A stretch of 64,000 nucleotides of DNA, from the NCBI GenBank assembly GCA_951406725.2, contig OX597827.1, positions 1,550,001 through 1,614,000 on the forward strand, written 5' to 3'. Under the pieces are notes generated by a model. That model made no database searches. It saw nothing but the letters and a program-made list of their open reading frames with translations, and had not been told where the DNA came from. Below are positions 1 through 13,300 of this stretch, in pieces. The translations under genes and the position numbers were made by a program. The number at the start of each line of letters is the position of its first letter. Positions within the stretch are counted from its first letter, which is position 1. The stretch is from Octopus vulgaris (lineage: Eukaryota).

Positions 1-104
1 GTTGTATAGCTGATGTCTGTACCACAGTTAAAGAAAGTATGCAGTCGTTAAAGAAAGTATTTCAATATAGGCTGACAAACATACAGACAAATAGACAGAT
101 AGAC

Positions 105-232
<128 letters not shown>

Positions 233-400
233 AGACATATAAATGGATAGGTAGATTTAGAGATGGAGAAACAAATAGATAGTCAAGCCGGCAGGTAGAC
301 AGATAGACAGATAGACAGATAAACAAATTGACATTCAGACCAACAGACTGAAAGACAGACAGACAGACAGATATTGAGACAGATCATTTACAATATATAT

Positions 401-440
<40 letters not shown>

Positions 441-1351
441 GGGTAACAGACAAAAATAGAAAGCTGTGATGCAAACACTTATAACTTTTAATCAGTAAAA
501 ACATCAACATTTTTGCTATATTTAAAGTGAATTGTCCAAGTGTGTTCCTTCTATTGCGAAACTGGTCTGCAGTCTCTTGGGTATTTGTAACATAAATCAG
601 TTGTCAAGGGTGGAACCAAAAAATGGCACAGTCACAGACAGTACAGATAGTTTGTTAAATATGGCTCACCTGGGAATAACCACAACAACAATAAGAACAA
701 GATATCGCAATGCATAACAACAAGCATATGAGGAACCTTCGATGCGACCACTCAATGTGTTAAGTATAGCAGCCAAATTTCTCTCAAGAGGAAAGTCATT
801 TTGGATGATGAAGTTATAGGTACACTATAGATAAAAACCAAAATAAACTCAGTAAATATCGCTGGTTATTTGAATATTTATATACCATGTTAATGGCTAC
901 TGGCACTCCATTAGTTATGACGATGTGTGTTCCAGTTAATTCGATCAATAGAACAGCTTGTTCCTGAAATTAATAGGCTAGTGGCTGAGAACTCCACAGA
1001 CACACATACCCTCAACGTAGTTCCCGGAGAGATTCAACGGGACACAGAAAGTGATGAGGCTGGTCTTTGTAATACGGGTACCACTCAATTTTGCCAGCTG
1101 AGTAAACTGGAGCAACATGAAATAAAGTGTCTTGCTAAAGAACAAAATATGCTGCTAACAATCGAACTCATGTCCTTATGATCGTGGACTAAATGCCCTA
1201 ACCACTAAGCTATATGCCATACACACACACAACTGATGAAGGGTCATTCCTTGTACTACTTGTCCTTTTCCTCTCTTGTTATTTGCGTATTTAACACATT
1301 TGTTTTCGTAGTTCATGCTGTTTACTATTGGTAATGTCCTGTACCCATATA

Positions 1352-1404
<53 letters not shown>

Positions 1405-1406
<2 letters not shown>

Positions 1407-1648
1407 ATAAATACACCCTTTTAAAGCCTAGCTAGGCTCATGGGCCCAGTTTCCCAGTTTCAATGAAGTATATGTTCCCCAGCTGGACGGGACGCCAGTC
1501 CATCACAGCGTTACTCAATTTTGCCAGCTGAGTGGACTGGAGCAATGTGAACTGAAGTGTTTTGCTCAAGAACACAACACATCACTCAGTCCAGGAATCG
1601 AAACCACAATCTTACGATACTGACACCCTAACCACTAAGCCATGTGCC
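1405..1648 (-). mobile_element. tRNA-derived SINE family B
   Basis: Head ggcacatggcttagtggttaggg..gtttcgattcc, core ctccagtccactcagctggcaaaa. Relatives at 885-1218(-), 18312-18540(-), 42010-42290(-), 57415-57690(+). Confidence 0.8.
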
Positions 1649-1697
1649 TATACACACACACATATACACACACACAAAACTCACACACATATATATA

Positions 1698-1903
1698 AAG
1701 TTAATCGAAAGATGAAAACACAAAGAGAAAGCACAACAACGTGAGGACGTGGAACAAATATAGTATTATTGGACTCTCAGGAAGGAAGGGAAGAAGGAGG
1801 GTTTACCATTTCGAGCGGAGCTCTTCGTCAGAAACATAGGAAAAGGAAAGATCCAGAGAAGGGAAGACGGAGGGAAAAAAATCGCCAACGGTACACACAT
1901 GGT

Positions 1904-1905
<2 letters not shown>
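1698..1905 (-). mobile_element. PLE-derived fragment (family H1) with HHR motif at 1835-1801
   Basis: gttt-CTGACGA-a-GAGC-tcc-GCTC-GAAA-tggt-aaac. Homologous to 6335-6440 and 14960-15155; flanked by microsatellites. Confidence 0.7.
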
Positions 1906-1971
<66 letters not shown>

Positions 1972-1972
1972 A

Positions 1973-2005
<33 letters not shown>

Positions 2006-2349
2006 GTTGAAATTTACAGAAAAACAAAAGATGAAGACAGGTATATAAACAACATAACTTAGCTGTTCATCAAAAAGTGGCTGATATAATAAGTAAAATA
2101 AGAGTAACAGGTGGTAGAGATGATATCACATACACATGCACACACACACACATTGTCTCACTCTCTCTCTCTCTCTCAATATGAAGGAAAGAAAGAAGGA
2201 AGAAAGGAGGGAAGGAAGGAAGGCAGAAAAACGAAGATAGAAAATGTTGAGAGAAGGAGAAGAAAAAAGTTGAAAAGAATGAAAAGAAGAGGAAAATGAA
2301 GAAAAAGAAGTTGGAAAGAGGAGGAGGAGAAAAAGGAGGAAATGGGGTG

Positions 2350-3159
2350 GAAGTAAAGGAGGAGGAGGAGGAGGAGGAGGAGGAGGAGAAGAAGGAGAAG
2401 AAGAAGAAGAAGAAGAAGAAGAAGAAGAAGAAGAAGAAGAAGAAGAAGAAGAAGAAGAAGAAGAAGAAGAAGAAGAAGAAGAAGAAGAAGAAGAAGAAGA
2501 AGAAGAAGAAGAAGAAGAAGAAGAAGAAGAAGAAGACAGAAGAAGAAGACAGAAGAAGAAGAAGAAGACAGAAGAAGAAGAAGAAGACAGAAGAAGAAGA
2601 CAGAAGAAGAAGAAGAAGACAGAAGAAGAAGAAGAAGACAGAAGAAGAAGAAGAAGAAGACAGAAGAAGAAGAAGAAGACAGAAGAAGAAGAAGAAGAAG
2701 ACAGAAGAAGAAGAAGACAGAAGAAGAAGAAGAAGACAGAAGAAGAAGAAGACAGAAGAAGAAGAAGGCAGAAGAAGAAGAAGAAGACAGAAGAAGAAGA
2801 CAGAAGAAGAAGAAGGCAGAAGAAGAAAAAGAAGACAGAAGAAGAAGAAGAAGAAGAAGACAGAAGAAGAAGTAGTAAGAGAAGTAGTAGAAGAAATAGT
2901 AGAAGAAGGAGAAGAAGAAGAAGAAGGAGGAGAAGAAGAAGAAGAAGAAGAAGAAGAAGAAGAAGAAGAAGAAGAAGACAGAAGAAGAAGAAGAAGAAGA
3001 AGAAGAAGAAGACAGAAGAAGAAGTAGTAAGAGAAGTAGTAGAAGAAATAGTAGAAGAAGAAGAAGAAGAAGAAGAAGAAGGAGGAGAAGAAGAAGAAGA
3101 AGAAGAAGGAGAAGAAGAAGAAGAAGAAGAAGAAGAAGAAGAAGAAGAAGAAGAAGAAG

Positions 3160-3191
<32 letters not shown>

Positions 3192-3518
3192 GTAAGAGAA
3201 GTAGTAGAAGAAATAGTAGAAGAAGGAGAAGAAGAAGAAGAAGGAGGAGAAGGAGAAGAAGAAGAAGAAGAAGAAGAAGAAGAAGAAGAAGAAGAAGACA
3301 GAAGAAGAAGAAGACAGAAGAAGAAGAAGACAGAAGAAGAAGAAGAAGAAGAAGAAGAAGAAGACAGAAGAAGAAGAAGAAGAAGAAGAAGAAGAAGAAG
3401 AAGAAGAAGAAGAAGAAGAAGAAGAAGAAGAAGAAGAAGAAGAAGAAGAAGAAGAAGAAGAAGAAGAAGAAGAAGAAGAAGAAGAAGAAGAAGAAGAAGA
3501 AGAAGAAGAAGAAGAAGA
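2350..3518. repeat. About 1.17-kb (GAA)n-based purine-rich tract
   Basis: (GAA)n with GACA/GGA interruptions and a higher-order block present three times. Confidence 0.97.
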
Positions 3519-6106
3519 CTACAGAAACAAATAACCAGCTGAATAACTATCATAAATAAATAAATAAAGAAGGAAAATAAATCAGTGAATGAAATTATGA
3601 AGGAGAGAAGTGATAAAATAGACAGGAAGTAAAATTTCTTACATTTTTCAATAATCAATTCCGACAGAAAATCTATAGACTTGGTAACTCTAGTGACACC
3701 GAGTGGTGTAGAACATATTCTATATCTTTACATGTGTACGTGTGGGTGTATATGTGTGCGTGTATGTGTGATTGTATGACGATGTGTGTGTCTGTGTGTG
3801 TGTATACGAGTATGTATGAGTGTGTATGTATATATATATATGTTTTTGTGGATATATGAGTATAAGTATTTGTATATGTATATGTGAGTGCATGTATATA
3901 CATGCCTGTGTAGGTGTATATGTGTATGTAATTGTGGATATATGAATATGTGACTGTGTGAGTATAGATGTATGTGTGTTTGTGGATATATATGCGTGCG
4001 TGATTACACATGTATGTGTATATTTGTATGTGTTTATGGGTGTATGTGTAAGTGTGAGTATATATGTCTGTGTTTGTGAATGTATATGTGTGTGTGAGTA
4101 TAGATGTGTGTATGTGTGAATATATACAGCTGTAAGTATTTGTAGATGTGTGTGTATATGTGTGAATGTATGCAGCTGCGCATATGTGTGTGTATATACC
4201 TATGTATATATATGTGTATGTGTTTGTAGATATGTCTGTGGGAGCATATGTGTCAGTATGTGTGTCTGTATGTGTATATGTTTATATGTGTTTGCATATA
4301 TGTTTATGCGTGTATGTGTTTGTGTATGTGTGTATGTGTGTGCTGCTGGGAATGTATCTACATGGTTGTGTGAGTGTTTGTGAACGTGGAAGCATGTGTG
4401 TGTATGTTTGTGTACTTATAATTGTATGTGTGCTTATGTGTATGTATGCATATGTCAGCATGTGAAAGAGAGAGAGAGAGAGAGACAATGAAAGAAAGAC
4501 ACAGTAAAAGAGGGTGATAGTGATAGTAAGAGAGAGAGAGAAGGAGAGAATGCGTGTGTGTATGTGTTGATATGAGTGTGTCTGTATGACAGTGTGCACT
4601 TTGAGTGTGTAAATGCATGTTAATTGTGTATGTATGTGAACATGTAAGTGTGTATGTGTATATATGTGTGAGCATGTAAGTGTGTATATATGTGTATTTG
4701 AATGTATGAGTGGGTATGTGTACATTCTGCTATGTTGTGGTGTTTCTTTACTCCCTGAATAAACTGACAGATTTGACAAATATTGGTTCCAAAAACCACC
4801 CAGCACCATGTCATGGAAACAACACACCTAGATACACAGGCAGTACCCCGGGTAGACCAAAGAAAGATGTCATCATCATCATCATTTAACATCTGTTGTC
4901 CACACTGGCATGGGTCGGATGGTTTGACCAAGGCTGGTAAGCTGAGGTCCTGCACCAGACTCCAGGTCTGATTTGGTGTGGTTTGCTATGGCTGGATGCC
5001 CTTCCTAACACCAGCCACTCTGAGAGTATAAAGGGTACTTTTTATGTGCCACCAGCATGGGTGTCAGTTGTATGACACCAGTATCTGTCATGGCTATGAT
5101 TTCACTTGGCTTGGTGGGTCTTCTTCTCAAGCACAGTATATTGCCAAAGATCTTGGTCATTTGTCATTGCCTATATCGTCTATAGGAACTTTTATGACCG
5201 ACTTGTCACAGAGACAACATATCTAAATACAGTTAGTTCTAGTTCGTGATTTGCTGTTTCTGAGTAATGGATGGATTGGTCAACCAAGATCATAAAACCA
5301 AGTTGCCATATAAAAAGCTTAGGTGTGGGTGCTGGTACCACGTAAAAGGCACTGGCGATAGTGTCACATAAAAAACACCCAGTACACTCTGTGGAGTGGT
5401 TGGCATTAGGAAGGGCATCCAGCCATAGAAACCAAGCCAAATCAGACTATGGAACCTTGTGCAGCCACTGGCCTTTCTAGTTCTTGTCAAACCGTCCAAC
5501 CCATACCAGCATGAGAAATGGATGTTAAATGTTGATGATGCAGATGCTGATGATGATGATGATGATGATGAGGAGGAGGAGGAGGATAATGATGATAGGG
5601 TTACCAGATGAGGTTTGACCATCCCTGGGTTGAACAACAGCAATAAAACTATTTAAATTTATAGTAATCCTGCCGCATCTTAGCCCGGTGTTCTCCCATG
5701 GCTTTCCCTTTACTTCCAGGTGGACTTCTTCATTTGCAAGTTAATTGTATTGCCAATGGACAATGATGATCATCAGCGTTGGTGAAGGAATATTCAATGA
5801 AGCAATGTCCTTTTGGTTGGAAATTCAATACTTTGTGCGATCAACTAAATGCATCTCTCGCCATCTCTTTCTCTGTCACTCTTGCTCTTGCACACACCGG
5901 TTTCCCTCTTCACACTGTTTATATACATACATATATACACATAAACATATATATGTCTATACATATATATATATATATGTACATACTTGTATGCACTCAC
6001 ACACACACACTCACACACACGCCAATCTGTCTATCAATCTAATCAGTCTATCTTTTTCTCCCTCTCTCTCACTACACAGGCGCACAGATACACACACACA
6101 CACAGG

Positions 6107-6140
<34 letters not shown>

Positions 6141-6334
6141 CACACATATCAATCTATCTATCTTTTTCTCCCTCTACCTCTCTCTCACTATACACACACA
6201 GAGATGCACACACACACACACACACACACACACCTATCAATCTATCTATCAATGTAATCAATCTATCTATCTTTTTCTTCCGCTCTCCCTCTCTCACTAT
6301 ACACACGCACACACAGTCAAATCAAATAAATTAA

Positions 6335-6440
6335 TGTTAAAAATAACAAGGAGACTTCCACATGGAATGTATTAGTTAGACACTTGGTAAGGAGAGAGAG
6401 TCTTTTTGATGTTTTGAGAGTAAAGCTCTTCATCGGAAAG
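6335..6440 (-). mobile_element. PLE-derived fragment (family H1) with CpG-decayed HHR
   Basis: ttt-CCGATGA-a-gagc..tctc-AAAAC-ATC-aaa (inferred ancestor cGAAAC-GTC). Downstream tail resembles the other H1 copies. Confidence 0.55.
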
Positions 6441-6483
6441 GATATGTATGTATGCTTGTATGTATATATATAAAGATATATAT

Positions 6484-6880
6484 TGGAGTGGCTGTGTGGT
6501 AAGTAGCTAGCTTACCAGCCACGTACTTCTGGGTTCAGTCCCACTGCATGGCACATTGGGCAAGTGTCTTCTACTCTAGGCTCAGTTTGATCAAAAGTTT
6601 GTGAGTGGATTTGGTAGACAGAAAATCGAAAGAAGCCTGTCGTATGTGTATTTATATATATATATATATGTTCGTTGTCTGTCTCTGTTCCCCCACCATT
6701 GCTTGACAACCGATGTTGGTGTGTTTACCTCACTGTAACTTAGTATTTTGGCAAAAGGGGCCGATAGAATAAGTACTAGGCTTACAGAGAATAAGTCCTG
6801 GGGTCAATTTGTTCAACTAAAGGCAATGCTCCAGCATGGCCACAGTCAAATGACTGAAATAAGTAAAAGAATAAAAGAAT
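6484..6880 (+). mobile_element. Bipartite tRNA-derived octopus SINE (family A, internal microsatellite; possibly the Twain/OR-type family)
   Basis: Head tggctgtgtggtaag..gggttcagtccc, internal (TA)/(TG) tract, tail cagtcaaatgactgaaacaagtaaaaga. More than 15 full or half copies in the window. Confidence 0.85.
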
Positions 6881-6885
6881 ATGTT

Positions 6886-6918
<33 letters not shown>

Positions 6919-7416
6919 ATATCAAAGCACACATTGGAGCACAATGCAGTCCTTGGACACATTGGATCCTGTCAAATTGTCCTGTTTGGAATATGGACAA
7001 TAAATGATGATGATGTTGTTGATGTTGATGATGTGCTGCTTCTTTTAGTCTTCGTATTTTCCACTCCCTTGTCGCTGGCAACAAATCGTTTTTGCCATCA
7101 TGTTTACCACTGGCCACTTTTGCACCTTTGATTATATCCAACGTTCTCATTGTCCTCAGCAGTAACTGAAACATCGTCATCATCATCAACATCATCATCA
7201 CCATCATCCTCCTCCTCCTCTCTTCCTGTTCTTCTCTCCTCTCCCGCTTCCCTCCTCTTTTTCTTCCTCCTTTTTCGCCTCCCCTCCACTTCTTCCTCCT
7301 CCTCTTTCCATTCTCCCCTCCTCATCCCCTGCTCCCCCTCCCCCGTCATCGTCGTCGTCGTCGTCGCCACCACCACCACCACCACCACCACCACCACCAC
7401 CACCATCACCACCACC

Positions 7417-7519
<103 letters not shown>

Positions 7520-9427
7520 CCACCATCACCATCATCATCATCCCTATGTGGAATCTTGGGTGATTTTAATGGAGGCCACTTAGGTGCAATTATTTTGGGC
7601 CAGGTTTCTAGTTTCAGGGATACATTCTTTTTCTTTTCTCCTTGCATCAACCTCTGAGCTTTTGTAAAGGGTCACAGGCGCCGCCTGTCCTCCACCTTGG
7701 CTAAAAGATTAACAACAACAACAACTTATATACAAGGCTTTGTTGCAAAATCTGATCATTGCAATCCTCTTGTTTTTTGCCAAAGAAACAAAAAAAAAAC
7801 GAACAAACAAAAAAAAGGAAACGAAAAAATTGAGAAAAGATATGACCATTATAAAAAAAAAATCCTACTCCACGATGCCAGTCATGGCCAGCTCAGAACA
7901 CCCCACCACACACACAACGTCAGTAACACCATCTCTTTTGTCTCCATCATCCATCATCCATCAACCACTCAAACCCCCACCCCTACCCCCACCACTAGCC
8001 CCACCACCATCACCAGCACCACCACCACCACCACTACCACCAGGAGTACAACCATCACCACCATGATGACGATGACCACCAACACCACCACAACCATGAC
8101 CACCAGCACCGCCGCCGCCACCCCCCCACTACTACTGCTACTACTACTACTACTACTACTACTACTAGTTTTGTTTTACATATATTTGTCATAGAGGCGT
8201 TTGGATGAAGTGAACCTTAGAAAGACAGGTTACATGGGGGAGGTGGTGGAAGCGTAAGTGGTGGTGGCGGAAGACGAAGGAGGTGGGAAAAAATAATGGA
8301 AAAAAAGGAATGCAATAAAATGTATACATAATGTACCATCATCATCATCACCCTCAACACCACCACCACCACCACCACCACTACCATCATCATCACAATC
8401 ATCATCATCATCATCATCATTGCTATTATTATTATTATTATTAGAAATTATCATCATCATCATTGTCATCACCACCACCACCACCACCACCACCGTTGTT
8501 GTTGTTTGAGTATTTGTTCCGCCCGAGTTGCACAGAAAATATCTTGTCACTCTCAACATTGTTTGTGCAGTGAACCAGCGACTGTCCCGTCAGAAACCTG
8601 TAACCAATGATATTATTATCCACAAAATGAGATACGAAATAAAGAAACAGAGAGTAAAGAAAAAAAACAAAAAACAAGGAATGATTGCATTTTGAACAGA
8701 GACTCCCACCCATCCGAATCCAACATAAAAAACAAAAAAGATTATATTTGCCCTGAATACAAGGTGGTAGGGGTCTTTTGCAAGTAGAAAACTACTATAA
8801 AATAATGTACAGGAAAAAGATTTCCTAAAATATCAAAAAAATATCTCATAAAGAATAAGAGAAAAATACTTATAAAATTACTATAACTTTGTGAACCTAA
8901 CGAAAAACAACTTTTTGTCTTCTCTTCCAGAAAGCCATAATCATTCATGGGTCAGATGGACTTTAGTTCAGCCAGATTTTCTATGGCAGGATGCTCTTCC
9001 TGTTGCTAGCGTTCAACTGTTTTCAAGCAAATGTGTTATTTTCTCTGTGGCTAGATTTGGCTTTTGCAGAAGATTGGAGATGAATAATCTTGCCTCTATG
9101 ATGAAGATGCTCATTTGCAGTTGTGGGGTGATGTCTAGACAAGGGTGCACACACACATACATGCATACACACACACACATACACACAAATACACACACGA
9201 CACGCTTCGACACAAGGCATTGGTTGGTTCAAGCCTATAAGAGAAAACATTTATACAAGGAGCTATGCAGTGGGACTGAACCCAGAGTCACTTAGCTGAA
9301 AAGTAAGATTCTCTTCTTAACCACAAAACTATGCTTGTATGTATATATATTATAATTAGGGTTCAGCAAAGATTTGCTTTACCACCTATTTCTTCTACTT
9401 TATGAAGAGACTCAGGCATACATACAT

Positions 9428-9499
<72 letters not shown>

Positions 9500-9553
9500 A
9501 TATATGTATATATATATGTATATATATATGTATATATATATATGTATATATAT

Positions 9554-9845
9554 ATATTAATTAGAGACAAAACCACTATTATGCAAATCAAACAAATAAA
9601 GACTTAATCCAATACGTAAAAAATTTTATATAAATTAAATATAATTAAGATTAATTAATCTTAATTATATTTAATTTATATAAAATTTTTTATGTATTGG
9701 ATTAAGTCTTTATTTGTTTGATTTGCATAATAGTGGTTTTGTCTCTAATTAATATTATATTATATTTTACTATAAAATTGGATTCAATCCTAAATCTGAT
9801 TTTTCCCTGTAAATTTGGATTTATTGCCTAATATTTATTATTATT
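9554..9845. repeat. 202-bp loop-less palindrome (9554-9755) with about 90-nt one-sided overhang, in (TA)n
   Basis: Axis between 9654 and 9655. One mismatch (9616 vs 9693, CpG-type). Confidence 0.9.
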
Positions 9846-9880
9846 ATATATATATATATATATATATAGATATATATATA

Positions 9881-10785
9881 TTGTTATATTTCGGAATGGT
9901 CATTTTGTCAGTTTAGTCAATAAAAACACATGCACTATATATTTGGTGTTACTTTGCTTCAGTGTTATTTATTTTTTTACATTAATCTTAATCTTATTTC
10001 GGCCAGAGTTCTTTCATCACACTCCTGTGACCGCATCAGTCATCCTTTGTTTTCTTCTTTCTTATTTGTGTCTCTCCTTACTAACCGTCAGCCATCTTGT
10101 ATTTCTATTGTATGTCTTCATTTGTGCATGCTTATATCTCTATGTGCATCTATGTTTAGTTAGTGTGTGTGTGTGGGGGGGATGCCTGTAATATTTGTAT
10201 CTTCTGTTTATATACGTTCATGTAATTTGTTTTTTGTTTTTGTTGTTTTTGTTTATTCTTATTTTGTTCATGTGTTTACATCCACTTATTACTATTATCA
10301 TTACGTATGCTTGTATGTATGTATGTATAACAACAATACTAGTAATAATAATAATAATAATAAATTTTTTAAAAATCTTTTAAATTAAACAAAAAAAAAC
10401 TTATATAGTTATTTATTTCTATTTGTTTATTTATCTGTGTGTTTTATTTATTATGTTTATATTGTAACCAGTTTATGGGGATCCTCTTCTGTTGTGGTGT
10501 GTGCTAGTGTTCCATTCCAGTTTCCTATTCAGACTAGGTTTATTTTCTATTATGTGTGTAGCTTCTGTAATTTGTCTGATTGTTGTATCTGTTCTATGTG
10601 TGGACAAGATTTTAACTTCTATGTTGTTGATTGAGCCCCGTGTTCCTGTTCGGCGTGTTGGTACAGAATTGATGAGCTCTTTCCTTCCTTAAGTTCTCTC
10701 CAATGGACATTTATCCGCTCTCCTATGCTTCATGCCGTTTCCCCTACGTATGTTGTTGTCTTGTTACTGTTACTTGCACAAAAAA
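9881..10785 (-). mobile_element. 5'-truncated Penelope-like element (endonuclease end plus 3' pLTR with degenerate HHR) in a (TA)n tract
   Basis: GIY-YIG remnant followed by about 590 nt of 3' region containing CTGATG[C]-g-GTCAC..GTGAT-GAAAG-AA-CTC at 10039-10005. (TA)n on both sides. Confidence 0.75.
10473..10780 (-). pseudogene. Decayed C-terminal GIY-YIG endonuclease of a Penelope-like retroelement
   Basis: Minus-strand translation CASNSNKTTT-YVGETA*SIGERINVHWRELKEGKSSSILYQHAEQEHG, then a frameshift near 10635, then INNIEVKILSTHRTDTTIRQITEATHIIENKPSLNRKLEWN...*. Matches PLE GIY-YIG motifs YxGET.R...R..H, RQI.EA..I and P.LN.K.E. Not in the ORF track. Confidence 0.85.
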
Positions 10786-10795
10786 TATATAAACG

Positions 10796-10826
<31 letters not shown>

Positions 10827-11579
10827 ATATATACCTATATATACGTATAACAACTACATATATACGTATATACATACACACACATATATACATATACACA
10901 CACATTAACACACATACACATATACAACAGGCTTCTTTCAGTGTCCGTGTACTAACCCTCCCCACCACACAAAGCTTCGGTCTGTTTGGGGGCTATAGTT
11001 GAACACAAATACTCAAGGTTCCACACAGTGACACTGAACCCATGAATTAATGATTAAGGAGTAAGCTTCTTAACCCCATATAATAGACAATGAAGGGATA
11101 GACATTTGTGGAAAAAAAATGAGAAAACAACAATAGCAATGAAGCACTCTAATGTTGAACTCTGATAAGCTCAATTTTGCCCTGTCCTCTTTTTGGGGCT
11201 GATATAAAATAGTACCCATCAGAGGTGGTGAGCTGGTGGACCTGAAAAGACATCAGACCAGAAACTTAGTGGTATTTGGTTTGGTCCTTTACATTCATCA
11301 TCATCATCATCATCCTCATTGTTTAACGTCTGCCTTCCATGCTGGCATGGGTTGGACGGTTTGACAGGAGCCTGCACCAGACTTCTGTGTTGTCACATGA
11401 AGACAACAATGATTGCTTGATCTGTTAGAAATTGTGCTGAAATTTCCCTCATATCACACATGTTCCAGAAAGAAAGGGAGAGTGTGAGGAAAAAGAAAAC
11501 GCAAAACTAATGGTAGGATGGTCATGGCTGGAATGCCTTTGACTGTGACTATCCTTGATCAGTGTAGATCTGGACTATA

Positions 11580-13300
11580 CAACATCAGTTGCTGTTGCAC
11601 CCAGTAACACCAGCACCACCAGCACCGGCACCACCACCACCATTATCCCCACTACCATCACAACCAACAACAACAACAGTGCCATCAATAACAACAAGAA
11701 TACTACAATTAGCAATATAAAACTATTGCTACCTGTGTCACTACCATCACCAATGCTTTTCACCATCACTCTCACCACTATCACCACCACCACCACCACC
11801 ACCACTGTTACAAGCAACTCAGAAGACACTACCAATATCACCACTGTCACTAAAACCACCACCATCACCATCACCACCATCACCATCATCATCGTCATTG
11901 TCATCATTATTACCATCACCATTGTCACCACAACCACCACCACCACCACCACCACCACCATCTTTACCATCATACTAATCATCATCATCGTCATCATTGT
12001 TGTCAGCATCATCACCACCATCATCACCACCACCACCACCATCACCATCATCCTCATTCCCTCCCACCTCCCCATCTATCTGCAGTCTCAGAATGGTATA
12101 TATTTGCTTTGAATATTTTACCCATAATCCCTCATTATCTCCATTGTATAATGACAAAGATTTAGTTCCAAGTTGCAGGCAGGACTGTGGGTGGGGTAGT
12201 GGAAGAAGAAGAAGAAGAAGAAGAAGGAGGAGGAAGAGGGTGACAGGGGTGGGGTGATGTGTAGGAGTGGTAGCAGTAGGGGAGGAGCAGTGGGTGATGG
12301 GGAGAGGGCGGTAAAAGGGTAAGGGTTTGGGTGGGGCGGGGCGGGGCGGGGCTGTGCAGTCATTTGCAGACGCAGTGTTATGTTGACAGGGGGATAACCC
12401 ACCTATTTGGTGTACAGGTCACAATTCCCGCCACCACCGCCATCACCCCCCTCCACCATCACCACCACCGCCACCACCACCACCACCACCACCCACCACT
12501 ACTACCACCACCACCACCACCACCGCCACCACTACCACCACCACTATAACAATTATAAGAACCAAGAAGTTCAACAGCATGGCCACCAGCACCAGCAACA
12601 TCAACAACAACATCCAGAAGCACCACCACCATCATCATCATCATCATCATCATCAGCATCATGATGACCTCAAACAACAACAGCAACTATCAAAATCACC
12701 ACCACCAGCAACAACAACAACAAAAACAACACCACATCATCATCATCATCATCATCGTCGTCGTCGTCGTTGTGGCCATCATGAACATCGTCATCATGAA
12801 CATCGTCATCACTGCCACCACCAACAGAACCTCACTAATCCCAATGACAAACACATTATCATCAGATTCATCATTACTACCAACTTAAATGCCACCACTA
12901 CCACCACCATCACGACGACGACGACAACAACACCAGCACCATCATCATCAGCGTCATATGTACTCCATCTAATCTCCCACCACCACTACCACCACCACCA
13001 TCATCACCACTACCACCACCACCATCATCACCACTACCACCACCACCATCATCACCACTACTGCTATGATCACAGCTACAACTAAAACTTTTACCATTAC
13101 CGCTAGGGTCTTACAATCACACACTACTATCACCACCACCACCACCATCACCACCACCACCACCACCATCAAACTCCACCACCCCCAATACACTCCACCA
13201 CCAAAACCACTACATCCACCAACACCACCACTACCACCACTATGACAATGATGACGACGACGACCACGACCACCACCACCGCCGCCGCCACCATAACAAC
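11580..13300. repeat. Compound trinucleotide (CAC/CAT/CAA) low-complexity region; similar at 7170-8500 and 29560-30060
   Basis: Directly visible; it produces the poly-T/H/V ORFs. Confidence 0.9.

Noticed and set aside
2126-3658. 510-aa ORF and the many poly-IY/HT/CV/V/D ORFs
   Set aside because: Translations of stop-free microsatellites; no domain content.
9554-9755. Palindromes as assembly artefacts or MITEs
   Set aside because: Most arm pairs differ by CpG-type substitutions, have asymmetric tails, and several have homologs elsewhere in the window. The nearly identical 16755 pair still needs read-level confirmation.
10730-10732. In-frame TGA as possible selenocysteine (reported for some Naiad PLEs)
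   Set aside because: It occupies the conserved Arg of YxGETxR (CGA to TGA CpG decay), not a Cys position, and the copy is also frameshifted.
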